A stretch of DNA of 64,000 nt. Origin: a virus. The notes below the pieces were generated by a model. The model did no database searches. It had not been told where the DNA came from and saw only the letters and a program-made list of their open reading frames with translations. The DNA is taken from positions 1 through 64,000 of IMG/VR virus record IMGVR_UViG_3300046373_000196. One strand, written 5' to 3'. Shown one piece after another: positions 42,964-51,884 of the stretch (position 1 is the stretch's first letter; every line of letters begins with the position of its first letter). The position numbers and the translations under genes are program-made.

Positions 42964-43127
42964 ACTGTCACCGTTTTACTTCCAATTACCAACTCCCATT
43001 CATCAAACCCATTTTTTACCATATACTCCGTGGCTAAGTCAAAAGCCTTTTCTTCGCTGTCAGTCTTAAAATCCTCTGTCGAGCAGTAGATTTTCTTTTT
43101 GTGGAATTTAAAGGTGTACCTCTTCAT
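42960..43127 (-). CDS. hypothetical small protein (55 aa)
   Basis: My translation: MKRYTFKFHKKKIYCSTEDFKTDSEEKAFDLATEYMVKNGFDEWELVIGSKTVTV. ATGA overlaps at both ends. Confidence 0.4.
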   Translation of the reverse strand: MKRYTFKFHKKKIYCSTEDFKTDSEEKAFDLATEYMVKNGFDEWELVIGSKTVTV

Positions 43128-43360
43128 CCTTTCTCAATTTTAACAATCTTCAAGTTCTTAGCAACAATCCCGGATTCGCGTAGTACAAAATCAACCAAGA
43201 CCTGATTAACTTCTTTGGATTCTTTGATCTGATCGGGCGTGTAATTTGAGCTTAACTCTGTTTCTCCCTGCTTCTTTACTACTTTCTTGCCTTCCTGGGT
43301 CTCGAAAGTGTAGTGGACGTGGTGTTTGTTTGGCATATTGTTAGTTATATGGGTTTGCAA
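43124..43360 (-). CDS. hypothetical protein
   Basis: ORF track. Confidence 0.45.
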   Translation of the reverse strand: MQTHITNNMPNKHHVHYTFETQEGKKVVKKQGETELSSNYTPDQIKESKEVNQVLVDFVLRESGIVAKNLKIVKIEKG

Positions 43361-43820
43361 CTAAATTATGAACACTTACAGCTAATCCTTTATCAATAAG
43401 TCTAAATACATCAAACTTCATTGAGCAAAGTTTATCGAAAACACACCATTCAATTGTTGTCTGGCTTAAATCCTGCGAATGCATCCATTCACTCCAAAAT
43501 GATTCAAAATTTGGTGAGTTAGGAAATTCTGTTAAAATTTCGTTAACCACTTCACTTCCCACGTCGGACATCGGCCAAAGGATAGGTTTAACCAAACTCT
43601 CTTTACTCTTCCTTATTTCGTAATCCGCAAACTCAAAATGTCCGTCAGCTTTTCTTTTCATTTCAATTACCAAGTTGCCATTTCCACCGATTGAAAGACC
43701 TCTAAGGTCCAATACGAAATTACCCAACTTATAATGAAAGGAAACCGATGATTCAATGCCTTGCATTTTCAGCCCATACGGCAAATAGGCCGATAAATGT
43801 TTAATTTCTAACTCAATCAT
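43341..43820 (-). CDS. hypothetical protein
   Basis: ORF track. Confidence 0.45.
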   Translation of the reverse strand: MIELEIKHLSAYLPYGLKMQGIESSVSFHYKLGNFVLDLRGLSIGGNGNLVIEMKRKADGHFEFADYEIRKSKESLVKPILWPMSDVGSEVVNEILTEFPNSPNFESFWSEWMHSQDLSQTTIEWCVFDKLCSMKFDVFRLIDKGLAVSVHNLVANPYN

Positions 43821-44089
43821 GCCATCACAATTTTAGTGTTCACAATATTTTCAATATCCACAATGCAGAAGTGCTGATCCGGGTGCATTTTAATCGCTTT
43901 GGCGGTGTCCCGGGCTTTTTCAAGTGTCGCAATGGTCGTTGCTTCTGAAAACCTGTGAGCAGCTAATTGATTAGCTTCCCGAATCGTTCTTTCTGACCGG
44001 CTGTTCTTCTCGTAATAGTATTTCCACGATGCGCATGAGTTTTCACGGGCAATATCTTCCAGGTGGTCGGTGAAGGTTTTTAGTTTCAT
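43817..44089 (-). CDS. hypothetical protein
   Basis: ORF track. 4-nt overlaps with both neighbours. Confidence 0.45.
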   Translation of the reverse strand: MKLKTFTDHLEDIARENSCASWKYYYEKNSRSERTIREANQLAAHRFSEATTIATLEKARDTAKAIKMHPDQHFCIVDIENIVNTKIVMA

Positions 44090-44274
44090 AGTTTAATTTT
44101 TGGATCTTCGATAAGAGTATATGATACATGCAATTGCTTGATAACTGTGATTTTACCAAAACCTTTAAGCATTAAATGAAGCATTTCGTGTTGTTCTTTG
44201 GTTAGGCCTACCGCATGTGCAACACCTTCACCATTATATACAAGAGAGAATTCTCCCGGTTTTGCTTCTGTCAT
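44086..44274 (-). CDS. hypothetical small protein
   Basis: ORF track. Confidence 0.4.
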   Translation of the reverse strand: MTEAKPGEFSLVYNGEGVAHAVGLTKEQHEMLHLMLKGFGKITVIKQLHVSYTLIEDPKIKL

Positions 44275-44277
44275 GAC

Positions 44278-44676
44278 TTAAACTGAATGAAGGAATAATT
44301 TGTCCGCATTTGTTTCTATGTAATCTGCAATTTCTAACCAGGTTTTACCAGTATCATTCATAACAGCTAAACTATTTGAGCCATCTTCAATGCTGCCTAC
44401 ACTATTTCTTAGCCCAAATTCACTATAAGAAACAGATAAAGTGCTGCCTGATTTTAAATGACCTTCGCCATCATAAATTGATCCATATTTTAATTCTTCA
44501 CCTCTCAATTCTTTATTGCACAATAATAGTTGACCCAAACAGCAGCAAGTAATTAACCCATGGCCTCCAACATAGCCAAGTGTTTCTCTATGCTGGCGTT
44601 CTGGATATTTCCTTAAAGTTTCAACCCAAAGCTTTTGCAATGGACCCAATTCGAACTTTTCTTTTTTGTTTGACAT
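44278..44676 (-). CDS. hypothetical protein
   Basis: ORF track. Confidence 0.45.
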   Translation of the reverse strand: MSNKKEKFELGPLQKLWVETLRKYPERQHRETLGYVGGHGLITCCCLGQLLLCNKELRGEELKYGSIYDGEGHLKSGSTLSVSYSEFGLRNSVGSIEDGSNSLAVMNDTGKTWLEIADYIETNADKLFLHSV

Positions 44677-44736
44677 ACTTTCTCCTGTTAAGACTTTTCT
44701 CGAAGCCAGATGAATGATTGATAAATGATGTGATGG

Positions 44737-45345
44737 TTATTTTAAAGAGTTCAAAAAGTCTTCAACCCATTTGTTTGATTCATTGCAACGTTTTACTTCT
44801 TTTTTAAGCTCTTCGGAATGATAAATCAAGTCTTTGTTAGCTACCCTTTCTAAATTCTGGCGTATTTTATCTGGATCCATATTTTCTAATTCCAGATTAA
44901 TTTTAGCTAACTCTTCTTTATGATAATCTGCATTGTTATCAAAAGAAATAGTTTGCTTAATCTGATCAATCATAAAATCTTTAATTCCTACATGTTCAGA
45001 AGTGGGTGGAGTAAATGATTCAGCTTTAATGAGAAATTCATTTAATTTTATTTGCCCTGCAATACATTTGTCAAGTGCTTCTTCATGATAAGATTTAGAT
45101 TTAAGTAAATCAACTCTTCTTTCCTGAATTATAACCTCGTTTGACTTTTTATTTTTAAGTATTGACTTAGCTTTTTTAATTTCTTTCTTATGATAATCGC
45201 CCGGAATGCGTTTTTGATACTCAATTCCCATGTCTTCATCTCTCATATGAATAGTAGTACCGAACGCCCTCATACAATCCTTTGCGAAGTCTTCAAATGT
45301 TTTTGTTGTGCCGTCAATAATTCCGGCTGTATATCCTGTTGGCAT
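44737..45345 (-). CDS. hypothetical protein
   Basis: ORF track. Helical, charged C-terminal half. Confidence 0.45.
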   Translation of the reverse strand: MPTGYTAGIIDGTTKTFEDFAKDCMRAFGTTIHMRDEDMGIEYQKRIPGDYHKKEIKKAKSILKNKKSNEVIIQERRVDLLKSKSYHEEALDKCIAGQIKLNEFLIKAESFTPPTSEHVGIKDFMIDQIKQTISFDNNADYHKEELAKINLELENMDPDKIRQNLERVANKDLIYHSEELKKEVKRCNESNKWVEDFLNSLK

Positions 45346-45387
45346 ATTGGTGTTATGATTAATAACTGTTATGTGTATACGATTACT

Positions 45388-46104
45388 TTATGCTGCTACT
45401 TGCTGAACATATTTCTTTGTCCAAATCTCCCTGATGTATTCCATCAATGCGGTGAATGATTTGATAAATCCGGCATCAATGGTGAAGGCCAAATTATTTT
45501 CAAGGCGTTCCAATTCTTTTAACTGCTCTTCTGTGCCAGTATTGCGAATACCCGTTTCATGTCTTCCAAAAACAACATGGTTTAATGCCTTAGATAAAGA
45601 AGCGTAATCAACATCTTTAAATTTGGAAACAGCCTTGGATAAATCCTTATACATATTACCGGCTTCAATTCTGTTGAGAATTAACTTGTCGGTCAACCAA
45701 GTAACGACTTCGCCATATAGCATAGGGTTCATTTCCATCGCAATCAACACCCATATATAAGGGTTACACGATGTACTCTTATCTGCTCTACGTCCACGGG
45801 TGACATAACAGTTGATAGATTTCAAAACCTTTGTAAGTCCGTCTTTTTTAACCATTTCCATAAAAGCGGGAAAACCCGTTTTTATGAATCCTTGCTTTTC
45901 AAGTATGTAGTAGGCGCGTTCTGCATTGTTTACTGACGCAAGAATGTCGCTAACTCTTTTATCACTCCATCCATGCAAAGACCTTGCAGTTGCATAAGCA
46001 TCTTGCAAATCTGAAAGATTCAAAAATCCAGTTTTAGTTTCTTGTCTAATCGTTATGCCGAACAAATCCCTGCTTTGGCTTGAAAGTGTTACATTGGTTT
46101 TCAT
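45388..46104 (-). CDS. KilA-N domain-like DNA-binding protein
   Basis: LFGITIRQETKTGFLNLSDLQDAYA fits the KilA-N N-terminal pattern. Confidence 0.5.
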   Translation of the reverse strand: MKTNVTLSSQSRDLFGITIRQETKTGFLNLSDLQDAYATARSLHGWSDKRVSDILASVNNAERAYYILEKQGFIKTGFPAFMEMVKKDGLTKVLKSINCYVTRGRRADKSTSCNPYIWVLIAMEMNPMLYGEVVTWLTDKLILNRIEAGNMYKDLSKAVSKFKDVDYASLSKALNHVVFGRHETGIRNTGTEEQLKELERLENNLAFTIDAGFIKSFTALMEYIREIWTKKYVQQVAA

Positions 46105-46134
46105 AGAAATTTAGTTTGTTAAGAAGTGAATACG

Positions 46135-46404
46135 TCAGGCATTTAATAAATTCAGTAGCTCATTCCTTGCAACTTCCGTTTTTGACTTAATATCCTTAAA
46201 TTCCGGCTCGAATTCACGAATGATGTTTACGGATGTTTTAAGAAACAAAGCAAACTGCTCAGGACTTGGCTTTGCCCTTCCTTTTCGCCAGTGATGGACA
46301 GTACCCCTTAATTCAGGGAATACGTCATAAAATTTCTTTGTGGCTCCCGGAATGCTTTTTAGCCTGGTTAATGTAATGTCGATTAATTCTGCTGTATCAT
46401 TCAT
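46135..46404 (-). CDS. small putative regulator
   Basis: First gene leftward of bidirectional promoter copy 7. Small, basic and helical. No firm HTH call. Confidence 0.35.
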   Translation of the reverse strand: MNDTAELIDITLTRLKSIPGATKKFYDVFPELRGTVHHWRKGRAKPSPEQFALFLKTSVNIIREFEPEFKDIKSKTEVARNELLNLLNA

Positions 46405-46447
46405 TTGCTGTTAATTGATGTGCGTTACAAATGTATGTTTTTTATTG

Positions 46448-46476
46448 AAATAAATATCATAAAAAGATATTTATTT
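46448..46476. promoter_or_regulatory. 29-bp dyad promoter/operator element, copy 7
   Basis: AAATAAATATC-ataaaaa-GATATTTATTT (perfect dyad). -7 box TACATTTG (rc of 46428-46435, -). The plus-strand ATG at 46493 is only 17 nt away. Confidence 0.7.
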
Positions 46477-46492
46477 TTACAATTAATTATTT

Positions 46493-47101
46493 ATGTCCGA
46501 ATTCCCGATTGAATTACAGGAACTGATTAATCAAAAATCCATTGGCGGGAAGTATTTGGGAGATAAGCTTTTAGAAATGCAGCGGTCATTCCCTGAATTT
46601 AATTTTTACTGGGATAAACCAAGTTGGCTATCAACTGGACATTATCTAATGGCTGAAAAACCTGTTCCGTTCAAACTGTACAACATTTACGGACAAGTGA
46701 AGCGTTGGTTTTTAGATGTGATCACCAAGGCTCAGGAACTTGAAAAGAAAGGGGATATTGAATCAGCGATCTGGGCGTATGAGACGTTGATTGAGCACAG
46801 ATACCCTAATTATAAGCCTTATGATTTATTAATCGCTCTTTACCGAAAAAACAAGGATGTGGTCAATGAAGTACGGGTGCTCAATCATTCTATCAACTTC
46901 TTTACTGCGCTTCGTGAGAATCAAAGAATCTACGTGTTGTCCCTGGCAAAGAAGGTCTGGATGACCGAGAAGTGCCAAGAGCTTCTTAACAAAGGCGAAA
47001 AGATTCACTATTATGGCGGCTCGTTCGTGCTTTATGATCCGGTGAAGGCGATGGTGAAGTGGGAAAAGAGGTTGGATAGTTTAAAGTTGTTGGAGGAGTA
47101 G
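46493..47101 (+). CDS. hypothetical protein, TPR-like helical repeats
   Basis: GDIESAIWAYETLIEHRYPNYKPYDLLIALYRKNKD. The only plus-strand gene inside the 31.6-51.5 kb block. Confidence 0.45.
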   Translation: MSEFPIELQELINQKSIGGKYLGDKLLEMQRSFPEFNFYWDKPSWLSTGHYLMAEKPVPFKLYNIYGQVKRWFLDVITKAQELEKKGDIESAIWAYETLIEHRYPNYKPYDLLIALYRKNKDVVNEVRVLNHSINFFTALRENQRIYVLSLAKKVWMTEKCQELLNKGEKIHYYGGSFVLYDPVKAMVKWEKRLDSLKLLEE

Positions 47102-47103
47102 GA

Positions 47104-47463
47104 TTATATATCCTCAATTACAATAACTGTTTTCTGTTCGCCTTTCGTTTTCACCTTTACCTGCTTGTATTCTCGCTCTGAAATTATGCTTTCTTTGTCA
47201 TCTAATATCACTCTAGCAAGTACAATGCTATCCACCGGTATCTTTCCTGTTGAAACTAAATTGTCATAGTCGAGAGGTTGTGTCAAGTAGTACCGCGTTA
47301 AATTAAGCTTCACTTTGCCTTGGTGCCTATTTTTAGTTAAGACTTTAACTAGCCATGTAAATTGGTCACGAAGTTTATTCCTTGCAGTCCAGTGCATCCT
47401 TAAAAGCCCTTTTGACCCATTATTACCAGGCAGAACGCCGGGAAATATCAATTCAGTTTTCAT
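47104..47463 (-). CDS. RusA-like Holliday junction resolvase
   Basis: About 120 aa. LDYDNLVSTGKIPVDSIVLARVILDD matches the RusA D.DN...K...D....DD pattern. Confidence 0.5.
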   Translation of the reverse strand: MKTELIFPGVLPGNNGSKGLLRMHWTARNKLRDQFTWLVKVLTKNRHQGKVKLNLTRYYLTQPLDYDNLVSTGKIPVDSIVLARVILDDKESIISEREYKQVKVKTKGEQKTVIVIEDI

Positions 47464-47480
47464 AGTGTGTGTTCAATTAT

Positions 47481-47702
47481 TCAGCCTCTTAAATACTGGT
47501 AGGTAATAACACCTTTTTTAAGTGCGCTGGCTGCAATTCCCAAATAGAATACCTTAATTTTACTTTGATCATCCGTCCATCCATATCCAAGATCATCTGG
47601 ATTTATGGTACGAACATCTTCCTCTGATTCTGCACATCCGACAAATTCAGTAATTTTATCCCAATCGTCTTCGTGGTACGCTTTTACAAGATAAAGGTTC
47701 AT
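47481..47702 (-). CDS. hypothetical protein
   Basis: ORF track. Confidence 0.4.
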   Translation of the reverse strand: MNLYLVKAYHEDDWDKITEFVGCAESEEDVRTINPDDLGYGWTDDQSKIKVFYLGIAASALKKGVITYQYLRG

Positions 47703-47719
47703 AGTTGATTGTTTTAAAT

Positions 47720-47962
47720 TCAGGCATTATACCGTTCAAAGTCTTTACGGCTTAGTTCAATGATGTTAGTAAGGATAATACCAGTAAAGCTTTTATTGCT
47801 ATTTCTGATATAAGTAATCATTTCTTTAAATGACGGATAGAGCTTTTCTGATTGCATTACCGTCGATCCCTCTGAAAGACCCTGACCGAATTGACCTTCA
47901 GCCTTAAAGAACAGAATGAAATATCTTTTCCTGTTAAACAGGTTTTTAATGAATTGTAGCAT
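47720..47962 (-). CDS. hypothetical protein
   Basis: ORF track. Confidence 0.4.
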   Translation of the reverse strand: MLQFIKNLFNRKRYFILFFKAEGQFGQGLSEGSTVMQSEKLYPSFKEMITYIRNSNKSFTGIILTNIIELSRKDFERYNA

Positions 47963-47973
47963 GTGATTTTAGT

Positions 47974-48408
47974 TTATTTCCGTTCAACTCCGGCAGCAAT
48001 CCGGAAAATATCAGTTCCTAGTTTTTCGACTACTTTGTCAATGACTTCGCTCGTATTAGCTGCAATTTGTATCTGAGAGTGTATTTTTGACGCTTTTTGT
48101 GCAATACTCAGCCCAATATCATTTCTGTTTTCATTGTAATACCAGTAATATTTCCATAGATCTTTCGTATCACTTGGATTTTTCTCATTTTCTTCCTGTA
48201 TTGCCTGATTGATCGTGCTCAGAGCCAGTGTGTCAATCTTTTGAAGATAAGGCCTTTCAAGATGCTCTCTGGCTTTCTCGATAATCTCCCAATCCGATAA
48301 TTCCTTTTTCACTTCTTCGACCACAAGCATTTTATACTTCTTTCCTTCATACTCTTCAAAAATGAAGGTTCCTAAAATTTGGTTACCCGGACTTGTTATT
48401 GTTTCCAT
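47974..48408 (-). CDS. hypothetical protein
   Basis: ORF track. Confidence 0.45.
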   Translation of the reverse strand: METITSPGNQILGTFIFEEYEGKKYKMLVVEEVKKELSDWEIIEKAREHLERPYLQKIDTLALSTINQAIQEENEKNPSDTKDLWKYYWYYNENRNDIGLSIAQKASKIHSQIQIAANTSEVIDKVVEKLGTDIFRIAAGVERK

Positions 48409-48562
48409 TATTTCTGAATATAAAATAAAATACGATTGGTAAATAAATTACTGAAAGCATGGACATTGTGAAGGCTCTGGGATCGTCAATCAACCACCAG
48501 CACAACGCAGTGAAACAAACAGTGAGTAAAAATGACATCAGGACTGAACGAATCTTACTCAT
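48383..48562 (-). CDS. small two-TM membrane protein (59 aa)
   Basis: My translation: MSKIRSVLMSFLLTVCFTALCWWLIDDPRAFTMSMLSVIYLPIVFYFIFRNNGNNNKSG. Confidence 0.4.
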   Translation of the reverse strand: MSKIRSVLMSFLLTVCFTALCWWLIDDPRAFTMSMLSVIYLPIVFYFIFRNNGNNNKSG

Positions 48563-48565
48563 ATT

Positions 48566-48745
48566 TTAATTTCCCCAGTTAGGTAGGTAGCTAATGTACC
48601 ACTTTCCTATCGTAATGCACTTTCTTAACTTGTTACGCTCCGAAAACAGCAGCTGATGTTTTTCCAGGTTCTTCCATTTGAAGCCTATGCTAAATATTCG
48701 TATCCAGCCGCCGCCGTTGTAGATGTAGTAGGAGAAATTTCTCAT
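48566..48745 (-). CDS. hypothetical small protein (59 aa)
   Basis: My translation: MRNFSYYIYNGGGWIRIFSIGFKWKNLEKHQLLFSERNKLRKCITIGKWYISYLPNWGN. Tightly packed between neighbouring genes. Confidence 0.35.
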   Translation of the reverse strand: MRNFSYYIYNGGGWIRIFSIGFKWKNLEKHQLLFSERNKLRKCITIGKWYISYLPNWGN

Positions 48746-48754
48746 AATTTTATT

Positions 48755-49117
48755 TCAATAATTACCCCATGAATACCCAAATACTGTATAAATCAATTTC
48801 AATTCTCTTTCTGATCGCCACCAATTGCGACGTAACCTCCATTCATATCGAACCAGCCAATAAAACAAAATGATGATTGAAGGATTTCTTAATTGGGGAA
48901 AGTTTTCATTTCCTAAAACAGATATTAAATCATTAGAATATTTATTAATAAAGGATTCCAGTCTTTCAATCTCCACCGGATATTCATTATAAAAGGCGGC
49001 TACTTCGGTTAATAACTGAAAATGTTCTGCATTCTCAACAAATGGTTTTCCTGTTAACTTTTTAAAGGCATCATAGATAACCGGGATTACATAATCTTTT
49101 TGATCTGGTGCTATCAT
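48755..49117 (-). CDS. hypothetical protein
   Basis: ORF track. Confidence 0.45.
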   Translation of the reverse strand: MIAPDQKDYVIPVIYDAFKKLTGKPFVENAEHFQLLTEVAAFYNEYPVEIERLESFINKYSNDLISVLGNENFPQLRNPSIIILFYWLVRYEWRLRRNWWRSERELKLIYTVFGYSWGNY

Positions 49118-49419
49118 TTCCCCATCTTTAAATACTCCCCAAAACCAATACTGTAATCACTCATTTCACTTATATATTCCATCCACTCCCATATCTTACC
49201 TTTGGGCACATCGTTATCAATATCGTAGCGTATGTCCTCGTATTGAAAATATTGTCCAGCAATGTGAATCGTTTCGCCCGTTTTATCTGCTACCCAAAAT
49301 CCACTTTGCACATTATTTTTCCTGCAAAACTGCTCCACGTAGGTGTTAGCCAGTTTATCGAAGCGGTCTTTGAGAGATGGGGTTTTTGGTGCTGACATGT
49401 TAGTTTCCTGTACTGCCAT
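49114..49419 (-). CDS. hypothetical protein
   Basis: ORF track. Confidence 0.45.
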   Translation of the reverse strand: MAVQETNMSAPKTPSLKDRFDKLANTYVEQFCRKNNVQSGFWVADKTGETIHIAGQYFQYEDIRYDIDNDVPKGKIWEWMEYISEMSDYSIGFGEYLKMGK

Positions 49420-49873
49420 ATCCTAACCCACGACCATATTCAACCAATTCATCCACTGCTTCAAATTCAATCGGAATGACTTCTTCCAAATAAATTTGAC
49501 CTATGCGATCACCTTTTTTGTAGGGGAATGGTGAGATTACTTTAGAGAATAAATTAAATAAAGAGAACATATCAAATAGTTGACGCGAAACAGGTAAACA
49601 CCTAAATCTTAGCTGATATTCTTCTGTGAAGTCACAATCTCCCAATCCTGGTGAGTTCTGAATTAGCCAAGGTGTTTTCGTAATTGAGCTACGAGGGACC
49701 AACGTTACTTTGTATCCTACTGGCGGCTGCATGGCAAATCCAAGCTTACAGATAACATACCCCGGATACACTTCTTCAATTTCTGTAGCTACAACATCCC
49801 AACCTCCTGCATATTCAGTGGCTTGTTTTGGCATTACAGCGTCAGGGTGTATCTTTTTGATTTTTACTAGCAT
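49400..49873 (-). CDS. dut: dUTP diphosphatase
   Basis: dUTPase motifs: AGGWDV, VPRSS, GLGDCDFTEEYQ, GDRIGQ and RGLGYGSTG. Confidence 0.8.
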   Translation of the reverse strand: MLVKIKKIHPDAVMPKQATEYAGGWDVVATEIEEVYPGYVICKLGFAMQPPVGYKVTLVPRSSITKTPWLIQNSPGLGDCDFTEEYQLRFRCLPVSRQLFDMFSLFNLFSKVISPFPYKKGDRIGQIYLEEVIPIEFEAVDELVEYGRGLGYGSTGN

Positions 49874-49877
49874 GGTA

Positions 49878-50492
49878 TTATTGGGTCACTTTGGTATAAA
49901 TTACTTTTCTATTCCCCGGTTCTTCGAATTCTAATGTCCGTCGTCCCGGTAGTATTTTTAGTTTATTACTTATGTCAAGTGTAATTTTGTCGCCTGACAT
50001 CTCATAGTTAAACTTCATCGGATCTTGATTATTTCGATAATACATGTTCATTATTGTAGGCGTAAATGATAACTTGTATCCATCTTTGTTAATCCAAACC
50101 GTACCGTTTAGTGTGTTTTCTGTTTTGAGGTAAAATACCCCTTCAATCTTCAATATCGAATCAACTCTGTTATCAGAAAAATGAGTAAAATGAAAACTAT
50201 CATCTATTATTTCGTCCATAAATGCCACCGATTCTGCACGTTGCATTTTAAGCGGACTTTTATAAATAAAAGGATAAGCTAATGTGTCAAACAACTCTGT
50301 TCTGGCAAATTTCTTATGCTTTATTTTCAAAACAGCGTACTTATTCGCAAACGTTAGTGAATAGTAGACAGAATCTTTCTCTCCTTTTCGCCATACTGGG
50401 TTCGTTGCCCAAATCGTCCCTTCCAACTTATTTCCTTGTCCATACCCTACCAAAGAAGCAAATAGCAGGAATGCGAGTAAAATGTTTTTCAT
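49878..50492 (-). CDS. exported protein
   Basis: Signal peptide MKNILLAFLLFASLVGYGQG. Confidence 0.5.
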   Translation of the reverse strand: MKNILLAFLLFASLVGYGQGNKLEGTIWATNPVWRKGEKDSVYYSLTFANKYAVLKIKHKKFARTELFDTLAYPFIYKSPLKMQRAESVAFMDEIIDDSFHFTHFSDNRVDSILKIEGVFYLKTENTLNGTVWINKDGYKLSFTPTIMNMYYRNNQDPMKFNYEMSGDKITLDISNKLKILPGRRTLEFEEPGNRKVIYTKVTQ

Positions 50493-50496
50493 GATT

Positions 50497-50748
50497 TCAG
50501 ATAGTTGATTGTAACTTTATAAGCTCACCTACTGCTGATTCGTAATCGGGATGCTCCTTAGGTGCGAATCCATTGATAACCAGTTTATAGTTATTCCTGA
50601 TTTTGCTGTAATAGATGTAAAAATTACAAGAATCCGTTTCTTTAAACTTCTCGCCCCATAGGTATGTTTTAATAATATTCCAATCACCTTTTCGGTGCCA
50701 CACTAACTTCCATTCAGGAAAAAATATGTATTTGAATACTCTTATCAT
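50497..50748 (-). CDS. hypothetical protein
   Basis: ORF track. Confidence 0.4.
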   Translation of the reverse strand: MIRVFKYIFFPEWKLVWHRKGDWNIIKTYLWGEKFKETDSCNFYIYYSKIRNNYKLVINGFAPKEHPDYESAVGELIKLQSTI

Positions 50749-50755
50749 ATTATCC

Positions 50756-50989
50756 TTAAACCTCTTTAAATTGCGAATTAAACCTACTTTCAGAAACCAT
50801 ATTCCAGATCACACGTTCAGATTCTTCCCCCGATCCGTTGACCTTCGGATAAACAGTGCCTATTTTAATCACTCCATCTTTTCGGGCACACAAATACTCT
50901 TTCCCGTTATTCTGCTTCACTTTGATTGTGTCGGGGAAATTTGGAACGGAGGCGGATAGTTGGGGTTCGGTTGGTAGTTGTTCGGTCAT
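50756..50989 (-). CDS. hypothetical protein
   Basis: ORF track. Confidence 0.4.
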   Translation of the reverse strand: MTEQLPTEPQLSASVPNFPDTIKVKQNNGKEYLCARKDGVIKIGTVYPKVNGSGEESERVIWNMVSESRFNSQFKEV

Positions 50990-51016
50990 TGGTATTTTTA
51001 GTAAGATAAAAAATAT

Positions 51017-51385
51017 TTACAAACCAGATTTAGGTGTTTCTCCGTGGAAATATTCGTTAACAACAATTATCTTATCGGCTTCAAAATAAGGATCTTTACC
51101 CATTTCTGGACCACCATATAAAACGTACTTGTCACCCACCATACCAACAAAGAGAGAAGGCCAATGACCTTTATTTCCATATGTGTCGATTACATATACC
51201 AAATCACCACTTTCTGGTTTAATAAGTTCTACATCTTTCAATACAAAAACTGTTTCGTGCTTTTCAAAATCATCCTTTGAAAATGGAGTACATAAATACA
51301 ACCCTTGAAACATGGTTATAAATCTTAAAATCTTTCCTCCATCTGGATCTTTAACTAAATCTTCTGATTGCAGCTCTTTGTCCAT
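51017..51385 (-). CDS. hypothetical protein
   Basis: The internal Met at 51385 (MDKELQSEDL...) was chosen. The upstream part of the tracked ORF looks non-coding. Confidence 0.4.
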   Translation of the reverse strand: MDKELQSEDLVKDPDGGKILRFITMFQGLYLCTPFSKDDFEKHETVFVLKDVELIKPESGDLVYVIDTYGNKGHWPSLFVGMVGDKYVLYGGPEMGKDPYFEADKIIVVNEYFHGETPKSGL

Positions 51386-51541
51386 TTTACTTCTGTTTTC
51401 AATTAAATTATTAAACAATCCAGAACCCCTAGACCGGTAATACCGCCAACTACTGAGAGAATTTTTAAGTGTTGGAAAACTGAATTGTTGTTGTGGGTTC
51501 CTGCCGTGCATTCAATGAGAATGCTAGTCAACCCTATGCCG

Positions 51542-51614
51542 TCGCGAATATCAGAATTGAACTGATGACCTTTGGTTTATGAATCCAACGCTCTACCAAC
51601 TGAGCTAATTCGCA
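51542..51614 (-). tRNA. tRNA-Met/Ile2 type, anticodon CAT, with non-canonical 1:72 U.G and 31:39 A.A
   Basis: Hand-folded cloverleaf: acceptor TGCGAAT/ATTCGCG, U8, D arm GCTC-AGTTGGTA-GAGC, anticodon arm TTGGA-TTCATAA-ACCAA, variable loop AGGTC, T arm ATCAG-TTCAATT-CTGAT, discriminator A. No CCA is encoded. Confidence 0.75.
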
Positions 51615-51884
51615 TTTTCTTTGCTCAACCGGGAAGATGCGTCTAACTTCTTCCCGGCCACCAACCTTTAATCAGAACATCCACCTTGCAGACTTCTGAG
51701 CGTGATTTTTATTTCATAGATGCGCTTTCCAAGCTATAAAATTAAGGTTCGAACTAAAAAGAGGAAACCCCAATCGGTAGAAGGCGACTGGGGTTAGGCG
51801 GAACACTAATTCCGTGAAACAATGTTCGCGCCTTCTACCTCGAGGACATTGTTAATTGCTCTGTAAACATACAAATAATTTCAA

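Noticed and set aside
51512-51614. tRNA as attL/attR of this prophage
   Set aside because: I found no second copy of the tRNA 3' half near the integrase, at 31.5 kb, at 40.6 kb or at 42.4 kb by eye. Phage-type genes with the same promoters lie on both sides. Only a whole-genome repeat search can settle this.
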